Source of the DNA: Candidatus Poribacteria bacterium
GTDB taxonomy: Bacteria > Poribacteria > WGA-4E > WGA-3G
Assembly: GCA_963665235.2 (NCBI GenBank)
Contig: CAXXLX010000001.1
Location: 3,712,001 to 3,776,000, forward strand
Direction: 5' to 3'
Length of the DNA stretch: 64,000 nucleotides
Part shown: in pieces, positions 59,474 through 64,000 of the stretch
Layout of the letters: the number at the start of each line of letters is the position of its first letter
Position numbering within the stretch: position 1 is the first letter of the stretch
Made by a program: the position numbers and the translations under genes
Notes under the pieces: generated by a model
The model's database searches: none
What the model was told of the DNA's origin: nothing
The model's input: only the letters and a program-made list of their open reading frames with translations

Positions 59474-60928
59474 TTAATCCCCGGCATAGAGTTTTCCGAA
59501 ATAGGGGCGGAAGCCTGCGGGGCCAGGATATCCCTCCCAATATTGTGGATTTTCTGGAAACGCGGTGTCGCCGCCACTTCGGAGCCAGGCGATTAAGGCT
59601 GGGTCCATGTCACGGCGTGTGATTTCGTCAACCGCGGCGGCGTGCAACTTCGCGACGACGTTCGGGTGGTCATCTTGTACGTACTCGAGCTCTCCGAGCC
59701 TGACAAGTTTTGAATGTTCAGGTTTGGCGGTGACCTCTAAGCTCCACTCCTGGTCGAAGGCGGTAAAAAGGATAGCTTCTTCTCGTTGTGAGGCGCGCTG
59801 CCATCTATCAATACTTCCGCCTGATAAGGCAACCTGTCTTTCCCCCGTTTTTCCTTCGCGGGCGGGGGTTAAGATGTCATGCCCTACAACGCCTTCCGGT
59901 GCTGCTTCGCCGAGGATGCCGAGAATCGTTGGGAAGAAGTCCTGCGGTTGGACAATAACGTTGCTGCGGCCCGTATCTCCCTCCGGTAAGCGGATAAAGA
60001 GTGGGACGTGTCCCTCCTGTTCACGGACAGGTTGTCCTTTACCAAATGAGCCCCGGTCGCCTACGTTCGTGCCGTGGTCGCCTGTTAAGATGACAGCCGT
60101 ATTCTTATCGAGTCCCGTGGATTCCAAAGCGTCCACAAATTGTCCGAAGCAGTGGTCCATCCATGTGAGTTTGGCGGAGTATTGAGCTTTGATGTGCTGT
60201 CTCGCCTCGTCAGATAGGTTTTGATTGTTTCTGCCGCCGAGGCTACGGGGGTCAATGAGTCCATCATAACCGGGACGTTTATCATATTTTTTCATGAATT
60301 CAGGCGGCGCGTCCCACGGTTCGTGTGGGTCGAAGCAATCCACCCAGAGAAAGAAGTTCTCACGATTGGCGTTGTCCTTTAGAAATTGGGCGGCGGTGTT
60401 GAAGAGTTTCGCACAGTTCCAATCCTCCAGTCTTTTACGATTTCGGTTGGCACGCGCGTAACTTCGGAGCATATTTGATTGTGACACCTTATCGTCGAGG
60501 CAATCAAACAGGGGTTGCCGAGTCCAATTGTCAGGGACAGGGAGGGTGTCCATAATCCAGTCTCGGTCAACTTCCGCGCCCCGGACGAATGTCCATGCAT
60601 GAAAGGGCCAGTCGAAGTTATGCCCCCCGTTGACGAGGTGCGGTGTGTCGTGAATAAGCTGGGTCGCATACCCTTTTTGGGCAAGCGTCCAGGGTAAGGT
60701 TTGACGTTCGTGTCGGAGCGGTTTCCACGGATGGAAGGGACCGCCGTATTGACTGGTGATAACATCGGTGCGGTACGGAATAGTTGGGAAACTTGCACAA
60801 AATGCGCGGTCGAATGCCCAAGCTTTAGACGCGAACCGGTCTATGTTAGGTGTCTCAATCCAGTCGTTACCGTTTGCCCCAATGTGGTCATAACGAAGTG
60901 TGTCAATGACGATGTAAGCGATGTTCAT
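59474..60928 (-). CDS. Sulfatase-fold (alkaline phosphatase superfamily) hydrolase with Thr at the FGly position
   Basis: NI..IVIDTLRYD, TPNID, SFPTIPYR, FDPHEPWD, GDHG. Confidence 0.85.
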   Translation of the reverse strand: MNIAYIVIDTLRYDHIGANGNDWIETPNIDRFASKAWAFDRAFCASFPTIPYRTDVITSQYGGPFHPWKPLRHERQTLPWTLAQKGYATQLIHDTPHLVNGGHNFDWPFHAWTFVRGAEVDRDWIMDTLPVPDNWTRQPLFDCLDDKVSQSNMLRSYARANRNRKRLEDWNCAKLFNTAAQFLKDNANRENFFLWVDCFDPHEPWDAPPEFMKKYDKRPGYDGLIDPRSLGGRNNQNLSDEARQHIKAQYSAKLTWMDHCFGQFVDALESTGLDKNTAVILTGDHGTNVGDRGSFGKGQPVREQEGHVPLFIRLPEGDTGRSNVIVQPQDFFPTILGILGEAAPEGVVGHDILTPAREGKTGERQVALSGGSIDRWQRASQREEAILFTAFDQEWSLEVTAKPEHSKLVRLGELEYVQDDHPNVVAKLHAAAVDEITRRDMDPALIAWLRSGGDTAFPENPQYWEGYPGPAGFRPYFGKLYAGD

Positions 60929-60982
60929 AATAAAATCCTCCAGTGATTACGGCACACGGCATGTGCCTACTACTATGTGACT

Positions 60983-61717
60983 TCACCACTTCGGAATGGC
61001 ACCGAGTAGCAATTTTTGCTGCGGTGTGCCCTCCTCACGAAGTTTTGTGACGCGTGGTCCGTTAAAAGGTTCACGCGATTTCATCCAGGCGTTCTGATAA
61101 CACATAAGGCAGACCCGTCGACGTTGTGAAGAGGTATTGGCTGCCCCGCGATGCCATGTCCATCCATCGAACATGACCGCCTGCCCAGGGGACACTAACA
61201 CCCGCTTCTCGTCAGGAAGTTGGACAGAACTTGGAGGCGGACGAAACGGGGCTCTGTGACTGCCCGGTTGAACAACGGTCGGTCCCATGTCATCGGTGAT
61301 TTCGTCAAGATAGTAGCCGCAGTTAATCTGTGCAGGTAGACTGCCGTAAGGCGTTCCGTAAGGGTCTACGGGCCACGGTCCATCCCGATGCCAGTTTTGG
61401 TCAGGTGTTCCGGGTTCAGTGATACGGGCAGTTGCACTGTGGAGCTGTACACATGTGCCTAATATCGCCTCCATCCGCTTTAGCACCGGGGGATTATCTA
61501 ACAGAAATGCGAACCGGTCGTCCTCTTCAAGCAGTTCACCGATGAATTGACTTTTTTCCCGTCTCTCGTAGCTTTCATCGAGTGCGTTGCGCAACGATTC
61601 AATCTGCTCAGGCGTTGCGGCGTTATCGACAATGAGATACCCCCATTTTAGGAAGAAATTGACCTCCTGTTGTAGTTGATGGTCAAGCTCAACGTTGAGT
61701 GTTGTGGGCACTACCAT
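60983..61717 (-). CDS. Phytanoyl-CoA dioxygenase (PhyH) family
   Basis: WHRD, GPT...PGSH, WHRG.AN. Confidence 0.9.
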   Translation of the reverse strand: MVVPTTLNVELDHQLQQEVNFFLKWGYLIVDNAATPEQIESLRNALDESYERREKSQFIGELLEEDDRFAFLLDNPPVLKRMEAILGTCVQLHSATARITEPGTPDQNWHRDGPWPVDPYGTPYGSLPAQINCGYYLDEITDDMGPTVVQPGSHRAPFRPPPSSVQLPDEKRVLVSPGQAVMFDGWTWHRGAANTSSQRRRVCLMCYQNAWMKSREPFNGPRVTKLREEGTPQQKLLLGAIPKW

Positions 61718-61720
61718 CGT

Positions 61721-62545
61721 TTATTCCTCCTTTATTGCGGCGCGGTCAGCTGCTGCCCATTCTTCCCAGCGCGCTTCATCTGCACTGAGGAAGCCGGAGT
61801 TGCATCGGGGTTGAAGCTGCTCGTCAACGCCGAGAAGCCGCATCCGTTGATGATTGTTTGCTGCCTTCGCCTCTGCCAACAACTGCTGTGTGTGTGGCCC
61901 GCTATGGTGGTCGGTATGTTTGAGCCAGGTCAAGTTGTAGTAGATGCTAAAGAAGTAGCGCAGCTGCCCTGACGTATTCGGTGTCCCCGAATGGACAAGT
62001 CCGTTGTGTGTGATGACGACATCCCCCGCTTTCATGTGGATAACCGTCTCAGCGGGGTGCGGTTTTCCGCGGTCAGCATCTTCAATGGTAATCGGCTTGC
62101 GGTGTGAACCGATGATAACGCGGAGGGGCCCAAATTCATCTGTGAGGTCTTGCAAATATGAGATGGCGTTGATGGCGTTAGGACGGTGATATGCATCGGT
62201 GTATGGGACATGTGCCCATCGGTCGCGATGCCACCCGGAGACTCTGCCTTCAGCCGCCTCGGGTTCAATGGAGGTGAACGCAGCAAGTGTCAGATTGTCG
62301 AGCTGTACAAAGGGCCCCATCACCTTTTCTATGAACTCAAGGAGAGTGGGGTGGGTGACAGCGGGCCACATCAATTCCGGTGCCAATTCAAGCGTATTTC
62401 CAAACCAGGTTTGTCCGTTGTTGGCAGCGGAGAGTTCTTGATGTTTTTCTCGCCAGAGTTGCATCTGTGTTTCGTCAAAAACCTTCTCAAAGATTGTGAA
62501 ACCGTTGGTTTTATAGGCTTCTAGGCGTTCGTCGAGTGTTTCCAT
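61721..62545 (-). CDS. Phytanoyl-CoA dioxygenase (PhyH) family
   Basis: WHRD, GPL....GSH, HSG.PN. Confidence 0.9.
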   Translation of the reverse strand: METLDERLEAYKTNGFTIFEKVFDETQMQLWREKHQELSAANNGQTWFGNTLELAPELMWPAVTHPTLLEFIEKVMGPFVQLDNLTLAAFTSIEPEAAEGRVSGWHRDRWAHVPYTDAYHRPNAINAISYLQDLTDEFGPLRVIIGSHRKPITIEDADRGKPHPAETVIHMKAGDVVITHNGLVHSGTPNTSGQLRYFFSIYYNLTWLKHTDHHSGPHTQQLLAEAKAANNHQRMRLLGVDEQLQPRCNSGFLSADEARWEEWAAADRAAIKEE

Positions 62546-62556
62546 CGTTGTGTTCC

Positions 62557-63528
62557 TTATGTTAATTGCGTAAGCGGTGTCTCTACTACGTTTCCCAGAA
62601 TATCCGCTGCAAGTTGCATGGTTTTGACAGCCTCATCTAAGTTGGCAGCGGGAAGTGAAACGGGAGAATCGGATTTGACGCAATCCAAAAAATAGCGATT
62701 CTGTTCAACGGTACCGCTGGAGCCAGCTCCAGTGAGTTTATGCTGTGTGCCATCACAGAAAACGGTGCCGTGGGAGACCCCCTCGAGGTAAGCAGAGATG
62801 TCTCTGCCATGGATTTCGTATCGTTCTAGCCGGGCATCTGTGGTATAGTTGGCGATAAGTTGGGCAACACAGCCGTTGTCAAATAGGATGAGTGCCGCGT
62901 GAACATCTTTGTAATCCGAAATTGTGCGTTGGACGACGCTATGCACCTCCTGAACGTCCGCTTCGGCAAGTGCGCGGAGCGTGTCCAAGGCGTGGATAGG
63001 TGTCTCAAGAAACATATTGTCCATCAAATGTTCAGGGAATCTTCCTGAACGTGCTAAGCGGGTGATGCTTTTGTGGAACTCGCCGACTATTTGGACGATA
63101 GGTCCGCGCGCTGTTACGTGCTGTTTCGCTTGAAGAATAATCGGGTGAAACCGACGATTCCAGCCTACCATCCCTTTTGCCCCGGTCTGTTTAGCGGTAT
63201 CGCGTAAATTGATGGTTTCTGCTATAGACATACCGGGCGGTTTTTCCAGCAGTGTATCAATACCGCGTGCCAAACACGGCGCGGCTGCTTCTCCGTTAAG
63301 GTGTGCCGGTGTAGCGACGAAAATTGCATCAAGCACTTCATTGTCCAACAACGTTTCAATCGTCCCATAACGGTGTGAGACGTTGAACGTATCACCGGCG
63401 TTGTTTCGGGCAGTTTCAACCGGGTCACAGACTGCGACGAGGTCGGTATCCTCAAATTGTGAGAGGGTTTGCATGTGCCCGCGTCCACGGCTGCCACATC
63501 CGATGACTGCGACTCGTAGGTTTGCCAT
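62557..63528 (-). CDS. Gfo/Idh/MocA oxidoreductase
   Basis: VIGCGSRG, LEKPPG, GWNRRF, H.LD. Confidence 0.92.
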   Translation of the reverse strand: MANLRVAVIGCGSRGRGHMQTLSQFEDTDLVAVCDPVETARNNAGDTFNVSHRYGTIETLLDNEVLDAIFVATPAHLNGEAAAPCLARGIDTLLEKPPGMSIAETINLRDTAKQTGAKGMVGWNRRFHPIILQAKQHVTARGPIVQIVGEFHKSITRLARSGRFPEHLMDNMFLETPIHALDTLRALAEADVQEVHSVVQRTISDYKDVHAALILFDNGCVAQLIANYTTDARLERYEIHGRDISAYLEGVSHGTVFCDGTQHKLTGAGSSGTVEQNRYFLDCVKSDSPVSLPAANLDEAVKTMQLAADILGNVVETPLTQLT

Positions 63529-63539
63529 AATATTCTCCG

Positions 63540-64000
63540 TTAGTGTCTGATGTGTGGTGCTTCCATGACCTCTCGCTGTTCTGGAGACATGTCCTCAATG
63601 TAGTCGGGATATTCGATGCGATGCGCCCCCGGGCTGTATGCCTGAAAGCCGGGGCTAAATTTATAGAGCAGGGCACGACGTTGATGCGCGGCTTTCCAAG
63701 GGAGCGTGCCGTGTGTTAAGGTTTCAGTGAAAATAACGGCATCCCCCGCGTTCGCGTTGATTTCAAGCACCTGGTTCTGATATTTTTCATACCTTTTCAT
63801 GCTGCTGGGACAAGGCAGGTTCGCCTTGTGGCTCCCAGGAATGATAGCGAGTCCACCGTCACCGGGTCCCTCGTCGGCGAGCATATACTCCACGACGGTG
63901 AGTCCGGTGTAAATTCGTCCATATTTGAAGAAGTAGGCTTCAGAGAAATTAGGACGTTCAATCCCGCCCCCGTGCAAGGTGCCGCCTTCGGTGCCCTTCT
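63540..64000 (-). CDS. PhyH-family dioxygenase, 5' end outside the window
   Basis: LHGG, GG...IPGSHK, HGTLPW...RR. Confidence 0.85.
   Translation of the reverse strand, partial: KGTEGGTLHGGGIERPNFSEAYFFKYGRIYTGLTVVEYMLADEGPGDGGLAIIPGSHKANLPCPSSMKRYEKYQNQVLEINANAGDAVIFTETLTHGTLPWKAAHQRRALLYKFSPGFQAYSPGAHRIEYPDYIEDMSPEQREVMEAPHIRH

Overview
Bacterial genomic window (~50% GC in coding regions). The gene content suggests a Candidatus Poribacteria-like sponge symbiont, but this is inference only: five PhyH-type dioxygenases, five Gfo/Idh/MocA oxidoreductases, a sulfatase-fold enzyme, WD40 and TPR proteins, Rpn and Uma2 nucleases, and many TA modules. Core genes are phoH-ybeY-corC, tRNA-Pro(CGG), recO, nagB, thiD and moxR. 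Main observations: (1) A complete non-autonomous IsrB (OMEGA) element at 27470-28739 splits a higA-like gene; removing it restores the frame and places a matching ATGA TAM next to the guide-matching flank. (2) A ~449-bp IS605-type element at 44630-45078 has no protein gene, appears to be all structured RNA, and overwrites the stop codon of an orphan type III Res gene. (3) A hairpin-TTTATAG repeat family with compensatory stem changes forms 49-52-bp-period arrays. (4) Several TIR-bounded MITEs carry REP-like hairpins as cargo. (5) Three Rpn-family genes have intragenic RBS/ATG sites (RpnS-like antitoxins). (6) A TonB receptor / large CTD-like protein / PorV-like triad is split by ~11 kb of inserted cassettes, with a diverged duplicate of the receptor 3' end. 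(7) A nuclease-DUF4268-like gene is followed by a solo variant copy of its C-terminal domain. All family assignments come from motif recognition by eye; no database searches were run.
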